Shown here in pieces: positions 27,834 through 39,082 of a DNA stretch of 64,000 bases. Location of the stretch: positions 11,954 through 75,953 of the forward strand of contig CAVKCP010000001.1 of assembly GCA_963654815.1 (NCBI GenBank), written 5' to 3'. The translations under genes and the position numbers were made by a program. The stretch's first letter is position 1, and every line of letters begins with the position of its first letter. This stretch comes from Lachnospiraceae bacterium (GTDB lineage Bacteria > Bacteroidota > Bacteroidia > Bacteroidales > Bacteroidaceae). Under the pieces are notes generated by a model, which did not search any database, had not been told where the DNA came from, and saw only the letters and a program-made list of their open reading frames with translations.

Positions 27834-29915
27834 TTATTCTATATAGAAATCTTCGTTGTCTATGTTGCCCGCCTTGTCGGTTTGCTCCGTCGGTTTCTTT
27901 GGCTGCTTTTTCAGGTTGCCCTTTTCGTCGAACATTCCGTATGTGGTGCGCAGTACGATGAATTCGGTGCGGCGGTTGAGCTGGTTGCATATTTCCTGCT
28001 TCTCGTCGTCGAGCTTCTTTATGAAATCTTCGGTGAGCACGTCATTCTCTTTCAGCCAGTTGTATTTCTCGGTGAGCTTCTTCTTTATTGTCTTGGGTTT
28101 CTCTTTTCCGTAGCCCACGGGCGACAGACGGTCGCGTGAGATGCCCTTGGCCACAAGATATTCAACCACTGTTTCGGCACGCCTTTGTGCCAGTAGTTTG
28201 TTATATTCGGCCGACCCCTTGTAGTCGCAGTGCGCACTTAGTTCGATGGTCACGTTGGGGTTCTCGTTAAGGAGCTTAACCAACTCGTCGAGAGCTGCGG
28301 TGGATTCGGGGCGTAGCGTAGCCTTGTCGAAATCGTAGAAGATGTTGTCGATGAGTACGGGGGCAGTGATTGATGCAAGCGGGAACTGCAACACATGCTC
28401 TTTCGACTCTTCAACCGGCTGCACCTGCAACTCTTCTTTGTGGTTGAGGTAGCCTTTGCATGTAGCAAGGAATATGTAGTCGATGCCGGGATTGACAACT
28501 GCCTCGAACGAACCGTCGCCCTTCACACCGAGTCTTTTGTTGGTTCCGTCGCTTCCCACCATATATATCTGTGCGGCAGGCAGTTCGTAACCGTCCTGCT
28601 CATACACCCAACCTTTCACGTTTTGCACAATCTCGGGGTTCTCAAAACTGTATATATGATCCCAACCACGGCCGTCGTTGCGGTTTGACGAGAAATAGCC
28701 CCGGTTGTGCACGCCCTCGAAAGTCATTCCGAAGTCGTCGCCCTGTGAATTGAGCGGATAGCCCGGGTGCTCGATGTGGTATTTGCCGTCTTTGCCAACT
28801 GTTGCTATGAAGATGTCGAGACCACCCATGCCCGGATGCCCGTCGCTTGAAAAATAAAGGTCGCCGTTGGGGCGGAATGTGGGAAATTCCTCGTTGCCCG
28901 GCGTGTTTATAGGTTCGCCGAGGTTTTCCACGCCACCCAGTCCGGCAGGTGTTATGCGTGCCCTCCAGATGTCAAGTCCGCCCATACCGCCCGGCATGTC
29001 CGACACGAAATAAAGCCACTGGCCGTCGGGTGATACGGCAGGATGTGCATAACTTGACAGAGTGTCGCGTGTGATTTCGAGCGTAGTAACCTTGCCCCAT
29101 GCCGCATCGGCACGGTTTGATGTGACTATTTGCGCATAGCGTGGATAAGAAGCATCGGTAAGGCATTGTGTGAGATACATGGTGCGTTGGTCGGGCGAGA
29201 GCGAGCTTGCTCCCTCATCGGCTTCGGTGTTGAGCCCGCCGGTCACAGCTTCGGGTTTGCCCCAGTGTCCCTTGTCGTCTTTCTGCGACACGAATATGTC
29301 GCCGTTTTTCGCTCCAGTTATTCCGCTCACCTCATTGCCCTGCGCCTCATTGCGCGTTGATGTGAAATAAAGCATTTCATATTGGTCGCCTGCAAGCATT
29401 GGCGAATAGTCGGCACGGCGTGAGTTGAACACATCCATGCGCTTCACCGTATAACGCGAACCCTCGTCTTTCATCTTCTGGGCGCGCTGCGCCGAGTACA
29501 ATCCGTTGCGCGCGAGCTTGTCATCGGGCATTGAGTCGAGCACGTTCTTGAATTCCTGCTCGGCCTGTTTGTAGCTGCCGTTTTTCAGCAGTTGCCTTGC
29601 ATACTCGAGCCGTGCCGTGTTGTCGGCCTGCCCGTAGCGTATGGCATTGCTGTAAGCGGCTATCGCTTTTTGTGTGGCGTTGATGCGGCGGTTGCACTCA
29701 GCAATCTTAAGGGCTATTTTTCCGCGCCTTTCACGCTCTTTGGGCGAGGTGCGGCTGTAAGCCTGCTTGAATTGTGTTGCCGCATCGTAATACTCTCCGA
29801 GCGCAAGATACTTCTCTCCCTTTTTCAGGTTTTTGTCGGCTCCGCACCCCGAAAAAAGCAATGCCGTTGCTGCGACAAGGATGAGTGCCAGATATTGTGT
29901 GTTGATTTTCTTCAC
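27834..29915 (-). CDS. porE: Type IX secretion system lipoprotein PorE (TPR, PD40 and OmpA_C domains)
   Basis: Lipobox FSGC, TPR-like N-terminus, PD40 repeats (LYFTSTR, LYFSSDG), OmpA_C IFYDFDKATL...NRRTEF; GTG start. Confidence 0.85.
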   Translation of the reverse strand: MKKINTQYLALILVAATALLFSGCGADKNLKKGEKYLALGEYYDAATQFKQAYSRTSPKERERRGKIALKIAECNRRINATQKAIAAYSNAIRYGQADNTARLEYARQLLKNGSYKQAEQEFKNVLDSMPDDKLARNGLYSAQRAQKMKDEGSRYTVKRMDVFNSRRADYSPMLAGDQYEMLYFTSTRNEAQGNEVSGITGAKNGDIFVSQKDDKGHWGKPEAVTGGLNTEADEGASSLSPDQRTMYLTQCLTDASYPRYAQIVTSNRADAAWGKVTTLEITRDTLSSYAHPAVSPDGQWLYFVSDMPGGMGGLDIWRARITPAGLGGVENLGEPINTPGNEEFPTFRPNGDLYFSSDGHPGMGGLDIFIATVGKDGKYHIEHPGYPLNSQGDDFGMTFEGVHNRGYFSSNRNDGRGWDHIYSFENPEIVQNVKGWVYEQDGYELPAAQIYMVGSDGTNKRLGVKGDGSFEAVVNPGIDYIFLATCKGYLNHKEELQVQPVEESKEHVLQFPLASITAPVLIDNIFYDFDKATLRPESTAALDELVKLLNENPNVTIELSAHCDYKGSAEYNKLLAQRRAETVVEYLVAKGISRDRLSPVGYGKEKPKTIKKKLTEKYNWLKENDVLTEDFIKKLDDEKQEICNQLNRRTEFIVLRTTYGMFDEKGNLKKQPKKPTEQTDKAGNIDNEDFYIE

Positions 29916-30048
29916 GTTGCTTGCTGATGTTTATATATGTAAAAACGTCGTCATCTAAATAAAGATAACGACGTTTCCTGTGTTTTATTGTGTGGCGTGA
30001 GGTGCATAGTGGCACCAATGTAGGTAAGTGGCGGCGCGGATCGCCGTC

Positions 30049-32121
30049 TTAGAACGGCTTGCGGTAGGTGCAACCGTTGCGCCATTCGCTGCATCCGTAT
30101 GCGGTTTTGCCTTTTATTATCTTGCCGTTGCCGCACAAAGGACATGTAGTGCCCACGATTTCGTCGGCAGAATCAGCGGCCAAGTTGTTGCTTGACGTGG
30201 CTTTTGTGTCGGCTTTTGCGGTCGTCTTGCGGGGCGTAGTTGCCGCTTTCTTTGCAGTAGAAGGCTTTTTGCGTGCCTTCTTCTTCAAATCATCGTCGGT
30301 TGTAACGGTCACGCGTCGGTTGCTGTTGTCGCGCAACACGTCGTTGACGATTTCGGTGATTTGTTGTTTCAGACCGTCGATAAATTCGGCCGCATCGTAT
30401 TTCTTGTGCTCAATGTCGCGCAGTTTCTTCTCCCAAATGCCCGTTAGTTCACAACTTTTTAGCAGTTCCTCGTGTATTGTGTCGATGAGTTCGATGCCCG
30501 TGGCTGTGGCTATTAGGTTTTTGCGCTCGCGCCGTATGTAGTGACGCTTGAACAAAGTTTCTATTATTCCGGCGCGTGATGACGGTCGGCCGATGCCATT
30601 TTCTTTGAGCGCAGCCCGCAAAGTCTCGTCGTCGACGAATTTTCCTGCCGTTTCCATGGCGCGGAGCAGCGTTGCCTCGGTGTAGTATTTTGGTGGCGTT
30701 GTGCTTCTCTCGGTGAGTGTTGGCGTGTGAGGACCGCTTTCACCGGGTGTGAATGTGGGGAGAGTGCGCTCTTCGTCAGTCTTCTTTGCATCGTCGTCTG
30801 CCTCTATTAGGGGCTGTGCCTGTGTTGCGGAGTTTCCGTTCTGATATACTGCACGCCACCCCGGCGACAGTATTTCCTTGCCACTAGCCTTTAATTCCAC
30901 GTTTTCAACGGTGCCGAGCACGGTGGTCGTGGCAAATTTACAGTCGGGATAGAATGCTGCGATGAAGCGACGCGCTATAAGATCGTAGACATTGTGTTCT
31001 ATGTCGGTGAGATGTGTAGCAGGAACTCCGGTGGGAATAATGGCATGGTGGTCGGTGACTTTCGACGTGTCGAAAACGCGTTTCGGCTTAGGGAGAGCTT
31101 TGCCGGCAAGCGGTTGTATGTGCTGTTCGTAGCCCCGCAGACCGCCAAGAATGCCTGCGCACTTGGGGTAGATGTCGTCGCTGAGATATTGGGTGTCTAC
31201 ACGCGGATAGGTAGTGAGCTTGTGTTCGTATAGACCCTGTATTATATTTAATGTGGTTTCGGCACTGTAACCGAACTTGCGGTTGCATTCCACTTGCAGC
31301 GAGGTGAGGTCGAAGAGCCGTTGCGGAGCTTCGTTGCCTTTCTTTTTCTGCACATCGGTCACGGTGAACGGTTTGCCTGCAATAGTGGAGAAGGCCGCTT
31401 CGCCTTCCTCTTTCGTGGAGAATTTGCCTTGGGTGGTGGTGAACAGCGTGTCGCGGTATATTGTTGAGAGCACCCAGAAAGGTTCCGGCTTGAAATTGTC
31501 AATTTCCTTTTGTCGGTTGACAATGAGTGCCAGCGTGGGAGTCTGCACACGTCCGATGCTCAACACCTGACGGTTCTGACCGTATTTGAGTGTGTAAAGG
31601 CGCGTGGCATTCATTCCGAGAAGCCAGTCGCCAATGGCGCGGCTAAGGCCAGCAGTGTATAATGACTGGTATTCTTCCTGGTCTTTGAGCGAGTTGAAGC
31701 CTTCGCGTATGGCTTCGTCAGTCATCGATGAAATCCAAAGTCGCTTCACCTTGCATTTCGCCCGGGCTTTCTGCATCACCCAACGTTGTATAAGTTCGCC
31801 TTCCTGTCCGGCATCTCCGCAGTTCACTATGCTGTCGGCGTCCTGCATCAGACGCTCTATCACGGCAAATTGTCGCTTTATGCCGTCGTCGTCGATGAGC
31901 TTTATACCGAATCGCGCGGGTATCATGGGCAATGCACCGAGGCTCCAGTGTTTCCACTGCTCGGTGTAGTCGTTGGGCTCTTTAAGGGTACAAAGGTGAC
32001 CGAATGTCCATGTCACTTGGTAACCGTTGCCCTCCATATATCCCTGGCAACTCTTGGTGGCTCCCAAAATGCGTGCTATGTCTTTTGCTACACTCGGTTT
32101 CTCGGCTATGCAGACTATCAT
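30049..32121 (-). CDS. topB: DNA topoisomerase III
   Basis: IAEKPSVA, DAGQEGE, SIGRVQTPTL and TYPRVD motifs; C-terminal zinc ribbon; start at MIVCIAEK. Confidence 0.95.
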   Translation of the reverse strand: MIVCIAEKPSVAKDIARILGATKSCQGYMEGNGYQVTWTFGHLCTLKEPNDYTEQWKHWSLGALPMIPARFGIKLIDDDGIKRQFAVIERLMQDADSIVNCGDAGQEGELIQRWVMQKARAKCKVKRLWISSMTDEAIREGFNSLKDQEEYQSLYTAGLSRAIGDWLLGMNATRLYTLKYGQNRQVLSIGRVQTPTLALIVNRQKEIDNFKPEPFWVLSTIYRDTLFTTTQGKFSTKEEGEAAFSTIAGKPFTVTDVQKKKGNEAPQRLFDLTSLQVECNRKFGYSAETTLNIIQGLYEHKLTTYPRVDTQYLSDDIYPKCAGILGGLRGYEQHIQPLAGKALPKPKRVFDTSKVTDHHAIIPTGVPATHLTDIEHNVYDLIARRFIAAFYPDCKFATTTVLGTVENVELKASGKEILSPGWRAVYQNGNSATQAQPLIEADDDAKKTDEERTLPTFTPGESGPHTPTLTERSTTPPKYYTEATLLRAMETAGKFVDDETLRAALKENGIGRPSSRAGIIETLFKRHYIRRERKNLIATATGIELIDTIHEELLKSCELTGIWEKKLRDIEHKKYDAAEFIDGLKQQITEIVNDVLRDNSNRRVTVTTDDDLKKKARKKPSTAKKAATTPRKTTAKADTKATSSNNLAADSADEIVGTTCPLCGNGKIIKGKTAYGCSEWRNGCTYRKPF

Positions 32122-32332
32122 TCTATTGTCGTTTTTCTTTATGTTAAGGGGTGGAAAATCCCGTCGTTGACTGTCGGCTGAATGTGCCGTGCATGAGGGG
32201 ACAATGTTGTTTGCGGCGTGCAAATTTAGATATAAATCTCGATTTATGTGCCAGTGGAATGAGAAAAAATCAAGATTGCCGCAATCTTTGTATAAACACC
32301 GTGAAACACTTGGCTAAGTGAAATAATATTAG

Positions 32333-32340
32333 TAGTTTTG
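32333..32340 (+). promoter_or_regulatory. -7 promoter element for the purT operon
   Basis: TAGTTTTG followed by CA; the divergent topB element TAAATTTG is at 32221-32228 on the minus strand. Confidence 0.55.
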
Positions 32341-32418
32341 CATACCGCATCGCGCAACTGCGGCGGGCGTAACCGTTTTGCTTGCATGTGGCGCAATAAG
32401 GAGTTAAAGTCTATTGAC

Positions 32419-33579
32419 ATGAAAAAAATATTGCTATTGGGTTCGGGCGAATTGGGCAAGGAGTTTGTCATCGCCGCAAAGCGTGCAGGACAATATGTCG
32501 TTGCATGCGACAGATATGAGGATGCGCCGGCCATGCAGGTGGCCGACGAGTGCGAGGTATTCAACATGCTTGACGGCGATGCTTTGTCGGCTGTCGTGCA
32601 ACGCCACCGTCCCGATATTATAGTGCCAGAGATTGAAGCCATACGCACCGAACGTCTGTTCGATTTCGAACGCGAGGGCATACAGGTGGTGCCGAGCGCA
32701 CGTGCCGTGAACTACACAATGAACCGCAAGGCTATACGCGACCTCGCTTCCAAGGAACTTGGACTGCGCACAGCTAAATATTTCTACGCAAAGACACTTG
32801 AAGAATTGCGCGAACACGCCAAGGAAATTGGCTTTCCCTGCGTCATCAAACCGCTTATGTCATCATCTGGCCACGGACAAAGCATCGTACGCGACGAGAG
32901 CCAGCTTGATGCTGCCTTCGAGGCAGCCATGGAAGGCAGCCGTGGCGATGTGAAAGAGATAATTATAGAAGAATTCATTAATTTCGATTCTGAATTCACT
33001 TTGCTGACAGTAACGCAGAAAGACGGCCAAACATTGTTCTGTCCGCCCATAGGACATGTGCAGAAAGACGGCGACTACCGCGAGAGTTGGCAACCATTCT
33101 GCCTGCCGGAAGACGAGTTGCGCAAGGCCGAGGAAATGGCAGAAAAGGTTACGCGTGCCCTTACCGGTGCTGGAATATGGGGCGTGGAATTCTTCCTTAC
33201 AAAGCAGGACGAAGTTATTTTCTCCGAACTTTCGCCGCGTCCGCACGACACGGGTATGGTGACACTTGGCCACACTACCAACCTTTCGGAGTTTGAACTT
33301 CATTTCCGTGCCGTAATGGGATTGCCCATCGCAGGCATACACCTCGAACATGCAGGGGCAAGTGCTGTGGTGCTCGCCAAAGAGGAAGCTGACCACGACC
33401 CGGAGTACAATTTTATAGATGCCTTGCGAGAAGATTATACACGCGTGAGGATATTCGGAAAACACCAACAACATGTGAAACGCCGCATGGGAGTGGTGCT
33501 CTGTTACGGAGAACCCGATGCCGACACAACGGCATTGCGTGACAAGGCCAAGCGTCTGGCGGCAACAGTTATAAAATGA
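32419..33579 (+). CDS. purT: Formate-dependent phosphoribosylglycinamide formyltransferase
   Basis: [28 protein letters not shown] and SPRPHDTG motifs. Confidence 0.96.
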   Translation: MKKILLLGSGELGKEFVIAAKRAGQYVVACDRYEDAPAMQVADECEVFNMLDGDALSAVVQRHRPDIIVPEIEAIRTERLFDFEREGIQVVPSARAVNYTMNRKAIRDLASKELGLRTAKYFYAKTLEELREHAKEIGFPCVIKPLMSSSGHGQSIVRDESQLDAAFEAAMEGSRGDVKEIIIEEFINFDSEFTLLTVTQKDGQTLFCPPIGHVQKDGDYRESWQPFCLPEDELRKAEEMAEKVTRALTGAGIWGVEFFLTKQDEVIFSELSPRPHDTGMVTLGHTTNLSEFELHFRAVMGLPIAGIHLEHAGASAVVLAKEEADHDPEYNFIDALREDYTRVRIFGKHQQHVKRRMGVVLCYGEPDADTTALRDKAKRLAATVIK

Positions 33580-34679
33580 AAGGAATGCAGGCGAATCCAC
33601 AGCCAAGTAAGGGTGCGACGATAAAGACATTGCAGTCGTCGCGCTTTATTTTCGTGCTTCTCATCTATTTGTCGCATTGCGCCCTTGTGGAAAACGGCGC
33701 GGCATTCGACTATGGAGGCGAGGCGGGCGTAGCTTTCTTCTTCATTCTAAGCGGTTTTGTGCTTTCACTCGGCTACGGCGAGAAGGCCGACAACGGCAGT
33801 TTCAGCATTCGCAGCTTTATGGTGAAACGCCTTGCCAAATTCTATCCGCTCCACATTCTGTTGCTTGTTGTCGCTGTTGTGTTTGATGCGAGGCTCGGAA
33901 TGACATATTCAATATGGCAGATTTTGTCAAGCATACTGCTTGTGCAGACTTGGACAATGTCTGAAAACTACATATATGTGGCCAATGGAGTGGCGTGGTT
34001 TCTGAGTGATATGATGTTTCTGTACTTCATATTTAGGCCGTTATACAGGTTTGTAACCCATGCACGGGTGCGCACTTTGTGTGCCGTTGGTGTGGCTGTG
34101 ATGGCCGGATATGTGCTCTTTGCGTTGCAGGTGCCCGATTGTGAACTCAATAGTAAGCTCTACACCAATCCGTTGCTGCGCATCATCGATTTCGCATTGG
34201 GTATAGCTCTTTTCCGCTTCTATGGCTCGCGACGTTCCAACGCAATTCGCAATCGCATTGCGCAATCGGGTGCATGTAGGGCTACCGTGGTAGAACTGGC
34301 GACCATACTGCTGCTTGCTGCATCGTGCCTTGCCTATTATTCCATGAACAAGACATTCCGCCTTGCAATGCTTTTCTGGGTTGTGATGCCCGTGGTGGTG
34401 TATGTTCTTGCCGCAACCGACAATACCCATGCGCTTGTGGCGCGCCTTTTGCACACGCGGCCAATGCTTTGGCTCGGGGGGATAAGTTTCGAGATATTTC
34501 TCATACACCGCATCGTGATGCGCGTAACGCTTCATTTTATAGCCCCGTGGGGCAACACCGCTATGATGTGCGCATCCTATGCTGTTGCGCTTGTATTTAC
34601 TGTTGCCGTGTCGTGGGCACTGAGCCGATGGCTTGTAATGCCCATATATAATAAGGTGTTGCGGCGTGTAAACAAATAG
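33576..34679 (+). CDS. Acyltransferase family 3 (OafA-like) membrane O-acyltransferase
   Basis: Multi-TM protein; [21 protein letters not shown] and [12 protein letters not shown] motifs; ATGA overlap with purT. Confidence 0.88.
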   Translation: MKGMQANPQPSKGATIKTLQSSRFIFVLLIYLSHCALVENGAAFDYGGEAGVAFFFILSGFVLSLGYGEKADNGSFSIRSFMVKRLAKFYPLHILLLVVAVVFDARLGMTYSIWQILSSILLVQTWTMSENYIYVANGVAWFLSDMMFLYFIFRPLYRFVTHARVRTLCAVGVAVMAGYVLFALQVPDCELNSKLYTNPLLRIIDFALGIALFRFYGSRRSNAIRNRIAQSGACRATVVELATILLLAASCLAYYSMNKTFRLAMLFWVVMPVVVYVLAATDNTHALVARLLHTRPMLWLGGISFEIFLIHRIVMRVTLHFIAPWGNTAMMCASYAVALVFTVAVSWALSRWLVMPIYNKVLRRVNK

Positions 34680-34687
34680 AATTTATA

Positions 34688-35098
34688 ATGAACGAGAAGC
34701 AGAGAAAAATAATTGATTTACCCAAAATATTCGATCCGCGCGGCAATCTTACCGTGGCCGAAGGCATGAACAACGTGCCTTTTGATGTGGCACGCGTGTA
34801 TTGGGTGTATGATGTGCCTGCCGGCGAAAGTCGGGGAGGGCACGCCCACAAGCATTGCCGTGAATTTATCGTTGCCGTTGGAGGGTCGTTTACGGTGACG
34901 CTTGATGACGGACATAGCCGTGAGACATACCATATGAACCACCCTTACCAAGGTTTGCTCGTGGAGACAGGAGTTTGGCGTACACTCGACGATTTCTCGT
35001 CGGGAGCAGTTTGCCTTGTGCTTGCCTCTGATCCATTTGACGAGAGCGACTATGTGCGCGACTATTCTGACTTTAAACGTTATGTAGAAAATGATTGA
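34688..35098 (+). CDS. FdtA/QdtA cupin, dTDP-4-keto-6-deoxyglucose 3,4-ketoisomerase
   Basis: DPRGNL, RVYWVY, RGGHAH and LVLAS...DYVRDY motifs. Confidence 0.92.
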   Translation: MNEKQRKIIDLPKIFDPRGNLTVAEGMNNVPFDVARVYWVYDVPAGESRGGHAHKHCREFIVAVGGSFTVTLDDGHSRETYHMNHPYQGLLVETGVWRTLDDFSSGAVCLVLASDPFDESDYVRDYSDFKRYVEND

Positions 35099-36194
35099 AC
35101 TTGTCAATCTGAAAGAGATAACCGCGCTTCATGAAACCGAAGTAAGGAAAGCTGTCGATGACGTAATAGGCTGCGGTTGGTTCTTGAAAGGGCATGCCAC
35201 AGAGTGTTTTGAGCGTGAATATGCCGCATATATCGGTACGCGCCATTGCGTGGGATGCGGTAATGGACTTGATGCACTGACGTTGATATTGCGTGCCTAC
35301 ATCGAAATGGGGGTAATGGCAAAGGGTGATGAGGTGATAGTTCCGGCCAATACCTACATAGCCTCCATGATAGCCGTGTCGCGGTGTGGACTGCAGCCAG
35401 TGCTTGTTGAGCCTCGTTACGACACTTTACAGATTGACGATGCACTCGTAGAAGCTGCTGTTACACCACGCACCCGTGCCATAATGATTGTGCACATGTA
35501 TGGACGATGTGCTTACTCTCAGCTTATTGGCGAGGTATGCAAGCGCCACAATCTTAAACTTATAGAAGACAATGCACAGGCACACGGGTGTAGTTTCGGC
35601 GGAATAAAGACCGGGGCACTCGGCGATGCGGCCGGGCATAGCTTTTACCCTACCAAGAATCTCGGCGCGTTGGGTGATGCCGGCGCGGTGACAACCGACG
35701 ATGCAGAACTAGCCGACGTGGTGCGTGCACTCGGAAATTATGGTTCTGAACGCAAATATGTTTTCTCTTACAAAGGTATAAATAGCCGTATTGACGAGTT
35801 GCAGGCCGCAGTATTGTCGGCAAAACTGCCTTATATTGACGTAGAAAACGCACGGCGGCGCGAGAATGCCCTCTATTATATTGAAAATATACACAACGAT
35901 GCGGTGACTGTTCCCTCGCGTGAGTATTGGGCTAATAGTGTTTTTCACATTTTCCCGCTCATGTCGCCACACCGAGATGCACTTCGTGAGTGGCTCGTGA
36001 GCAAAGGCATCGGTTGCGATGTGCACTATCCGATAGCTCCACATCGCCAGCGTTGCTATGCAGAGTGGGGGAGAATGAACTTTCCTATAAGCGAGCGCAT
36101 ACACAGGGAGGAACTTAGCATACCCGTAAGTCAGGTGATCACATCAGCAGAACGTGACGAAATCGTAATGGCAATCAACACTTTCCGCTCATGA
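35091..36194 (+). CDS. DegT/DnrJ/EryC1/StrS aminotransferase (FdtB/QdtB-like)
   Basis: [27 protein letters not shown] and NSRIDELQA motifs. Confidence 0.93.
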   Translation: MIELVNLKEITALHETEVRKAVDDVIGCGWFLKGHATECFEREYAAYIGTRHCVGCGNGLDALTLILRAYIEMGVMAKGDEVIVPANTYIASMIAVSRCGLQPVLVEPRYDTLQIDDALVEAAVTPRTRAIMIVHMYGRCAYSQLIGEVCKRHNLKLIEDNAQAHGCSFGGIKTGALGDAAGHSFYPTKNLGALGDAGAVTTDDAELADVVRALGNYGSERKYVFSYKGINSRIDELQAAVLSAKLPYIDVENARRRENALYYIENIHNDAVTVPSREYWANSVFHIFPLMSPHRDALREWLVSKGIGCDVHYPIAPHRQRCYAEWGRMNFPISERIHREELSIPVSQVITSAERDEIVMAINTFRS

Positions 36195-37120
36195 TAGAAA
36201 TAGTAGAAGTAACGCGCGAAGAATATGCTGCGCAGCCATTGGCGCATATTCATGCCTACAACAGCGCCGATTTTGCGGCGTTGAATGCGGCGAAAGCCGA
36301 TGCAGTGCACTTTCTTCTTGCCGTCGAAGGCGGAAAAGTGCGTTTCGGTGTGGTGCTGGGCGAACGCAACGGAATGCTCCTATCGCCTTTTTCGGCACCT
36401 TTCGGAGGCTTTTCGCAGCACAAGAGTCCAAGTCTTGAATGCCTTGATGAAACCGTGGCTGCATTGCGCCGCTATGCAACAAACCGTGGTATGAAGGTGA
36501 TCATAACACTTCCCCCGGCATTTTATGAACCTCGGCTTATAGCCCATACAGTCAATGTGTTATCGCGGCAAGCCATACTTCACCACATCGACCTTAACTA
36601 TCATTTTCCCATAGCATCGTTTGACAACTATGATGCCGTGTCTACACACGCTGCACGCAAGAACCTTCACCGTGCCATGACCGAGCAATGGGAGTTTGTT
36701 TGTGTGGATTCTGCCGACAAGGAAGGCATTGCAGCAGCCTACGATGTCATACGTCGCAACCGTGAGGAGCATGGCTATCCTCTGCGAATGTCGCTCGATG
36801 ACGTACTTTCAACAATCCGCATCATTCCGGCCGATTTCTTCATCATGCGCCATGAAGGCCAAAATGTGGCTGCGGCACAAGTGTTTCATGTGGCAGAAGG
36901 CATAGCCCAAGTCATATATTGGGGCGACTTGCGCTGTTGTTCGCATTTGCGCACGATGAATATCTTTACCTACCGCCTTTTTGCCCACTACCGTGAACGC
37001 GAACTGCGGGTGCTCGACATAGGCCCTTCTTCGGTTGACGGCGTGCCAAACTATGGGTTGTGCGCGTTTAAGGACGGCATAGGATGTGTCCCGACACCCA
37101 AGTTCCAATTCATATTGTAA
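36191..37120 (+). CDS. GNAT/FemAB-like acyltransferase
   Basis: Tandem GNAT-like fold; SPFSAPFGG and [21 protein letters not shown] resemble GNAT_6/FemAB-type C-termini. Confidence 0.65.
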   Translation: MIEIVEVTREEYAAQPLAHIHAYNSADFAALNAAKADAVHFLLAVEGGKVRFGVVLGERNGMLLSPFSAPFGGFSQHKSPSLECLDETVAALRRYATNRGMKVIITLPPAFYEPRLIAHTVNVLSRQAILHHIDLNYHFPIASFDNYDAVSTHAARKNLHRAMTEQWEFVCVDSADKEGIAAAYDVIRRNREEHGYPLRMSLDDVLSTIRIIPADFFIMRHEGQNVAAAQVFHVAEGIAQVIYWGDLRCCSHLRTMNIFTYRLFAHYRERELRVLDIGPSSVDGVPNYGLCAFKDGIGCVPTPKFQFIL

Positions 37121-37128
37121 GCCCCTTT

Positions 37129-37166
37129 ACCTGCTTCGCTCACATTGCCGAAGCAGGTGTTTTTTT
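37129..37166 (+). terminator. Rho-independent terminator of the purT operon
   Basis: ACCTGCTTCG / CGAAGCAGGT stem plus T tract. Confidence 0.8.
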
Positions 37167-37337
37167 ATGACGCAAGTGCCATTTTTACCTGCCTTGCCAA
37201 TACATATTATGATAGCCAGTTGCGGTGAAGATGCCTTAAACAAGGTTATTTTTCGTATTAGTCTTTATGCTTTCCTGTTTTTTTAGTAATTTTGCGCCTT
37301 GTAAAAGTAAAGAAGAAAAATTTATAACATATAGATT

Positions 37338-38891
37338 ATGAGCAAACAAGTAGAGAAAATAAAAGAATTGGTTGCCAAACGCGAGCAGGCAAGTCTTGGC
37401 GGCGGTGAAGCTGCGATAGCCAAACAGCATGCCCGTGGCAAGTACACGGCGCGTGAACGCATCGACATGCTTGTCGATGAGGGTTCGTTTGAAGAATACG
37501 ATATGTTCAAGCTGCACCGTTGCCACAACTTCGGAATGGACAAAAAACAGTTCCTCGGCGATGGCGTTGTAGCCGGTTCTGCCACTATCGACGGCCGGTT
37601 GGTTTATCTCTATGCGCAGGATTTCACGGTGAACGGCGGCTCGTTGTCGGAAACAATGTCGCAGAAGATATGCAAAGTAATGGACATGGCAATGACCATG
37701 GGCGCACCGGTAATCTGCATGAACGACTCCGGTGGAGCCCGCATTCAGGAAGGTATCTGTGCCCTCGCCGGCTACGGTGAGATATTTGAGCGCAATATTC
37801 TTGCCAGTGGCGTAATTCCGCAGATTTCCGGCATCTTCGGTCCGTGCGCCGGTGGAGCCGTATATTCGCCTGCTCTCACCGACTTCATCCTCATGATGGA
37901 GAACACTTCATACATGTTCCTTACCGGTCCGAAGGTTGTTAAGACTGTAACAGGCGAGGATATCGACTCCGAACACCTCGGCGGCGCATCGGTGCATGCC
38001 ACAAAGAGTGGTGTGACACATTTCACCGCGAAGACCGAAGAAGAGGCTATGGAACTGATAAAGACACTGCTCAGCTACATTCCTTCAAACAATACCGAGG
38101 AAGCTCCGCGTGTGGAGTGTACCGATCCGATTGACCGCAAGTCGGATTTGTTGAATGAAATACTGCCCGACAACCCCAATATGGCCTACGACATGTACAA
38201 GGTGATTGGCGAAATAACCGACAACGGCGAATTCTTCGAGGTGCAGGCTAAGTTCGCAAAGAACATTATCGTGGGCTTCGCACGCTTCAACGGACAGAGC
38301 GTAGGCATCGTTGCCAACCAACCATCGTGCTACGCCGGTGTGCTTGACACCAATGCAAGCCGCAAGGCAGCGCGTTTCGTGCGCTTCTGCGATGCTTTCA
38401 ACATTCCTATCGTGTCTCTTGTTGACGTTCCGGGCTTCCTCCCCGGCACCGGACAGGAATACAATGCCGTCATACTGCACGGTGCACAGCTGCTCTACGC
38501 CTATGGCGAGGCCACTGTTCCAAAGATTACTGTCACCTTGCGCAAGAGCTACGGCGGAAGCCATATCGTGATGGGTTGCAAGCAATTGCGTGCCGACCTA
38601 AACTTCGCATGGCCTACTTCGGAGATTGCAGTAATGGGAGCCAGCGGTGCAGTGGCAGTGCTTTGTGCCAAAGAGGCTAAGACAAAGGAAGACCCGAAAG
38701 CCTTTCTTGCAGAGAAAGAAGAAGAATATACCGAAATGTTTGCCAACCCCTATCAGGCAGCACAATACGGTTATATCGACGATGTGATTGAACCCCGCAA
38801 CACACGTTTCCGCATTTGCCGCGGCTTGGCACAGCTTGCAACCAAGCGCCAGTCGTTGCCGGCAAAGAAACACGGATGCATGCCAATGTAA
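37338..38891 (+). CDS. mmdA: Acyl-CoA carboxyltransferase subunit (MmdA/PccB family)
   Basis: TARERI, QDFTVNGGS, DSGGARIQEG, VDVPGF and KKHG motifs; promoter TAATTTTG at 37287-37294. Confidence 0.9.
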   Translation: MSKQVEKIKELVAKREQASLGGGEAAIAKQHARGKYTARERIDMLVDEGSFEEYDMFKLHRCHNFGMDKKQFLGDGVVAGSATIDGRLVYLYAQDFTVNGGSLSETMSQKICKVMDMAMTMGAPVICMNDSGGARIQEGICALAGYGEIFERNILASGVIPQISGIFGPCAGGAVYSPALTDFILMMENTSYMFLTGPKVVKTVTGEDIDSEHLGGASVHATKSGVTHFTAKTEEEAMELIKTLLSYIPSNNTEEAPRVECTDPIDRKSDLLNEILPDNPNMAYDMYKVIGEITDNGEFFEVQAKFAKNIIVGFARFNGQSVGIVANQPSCYAGVLDTNASRKAARFVRFCDAFNIPIVSLVDVPGFLPGTGQEYNAVILHGAQLLYAYGEATVPKITVTLRKSYGGSHIVMGCKQLRADLNFAWPTSEIAVMGASGAVAVLCAKEAKTKEDPKAFLAEKEEEYTEMFANPYQAAQYGYIDDVIEPRNTRFRICRGLAQLATKRQSLPAKKHGCMPM

Positions 38892-38905
38892 AATAAAAGC
38901 AGTTT

Positions 38906-39082
38906 ATGACAAAAAATAATGACGCTATCTATGCAGCCATAGCAATGGCATTGCATGAATTCAGAGGAAACAACGTGCACGACCGTGAACCTGGGATTAT
39001 AACCATAAAACCCCGGCAGACGCAATGGAACGCACGCATGTTTCAGATGACAGCAACACCAAGAAAACAAAAGGAAAGATGA
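38906..39082 (+). CDS. 58-aa protein resembling the soluble C-terminal tail of OadG/MmdD (not in the ORF track)
   Basis: MTKNNDAIYAAIAMALHEFRGNNVHDREPGIITIKPRQTQWNARMFQMTATPRKQKER; fills the gap exactly and has an ATGA overlap with the next gene. Confidence 0.8.
   Translation: MTKNNDAIYAAIAMALHEFRGNNVHDREPGIITIKPRQTQWNARMFQMTATPRKQKER

Noticed and set aside
32345..32400. ZTP (pfl) riboswitch upstream of purT
   Set aside because: ATCGCGC-AACTG...GCGCAAT resembles P1 and its junction, but the GGGAG segment and the 3' GCC...GCCUGGGC hairpin are absent.
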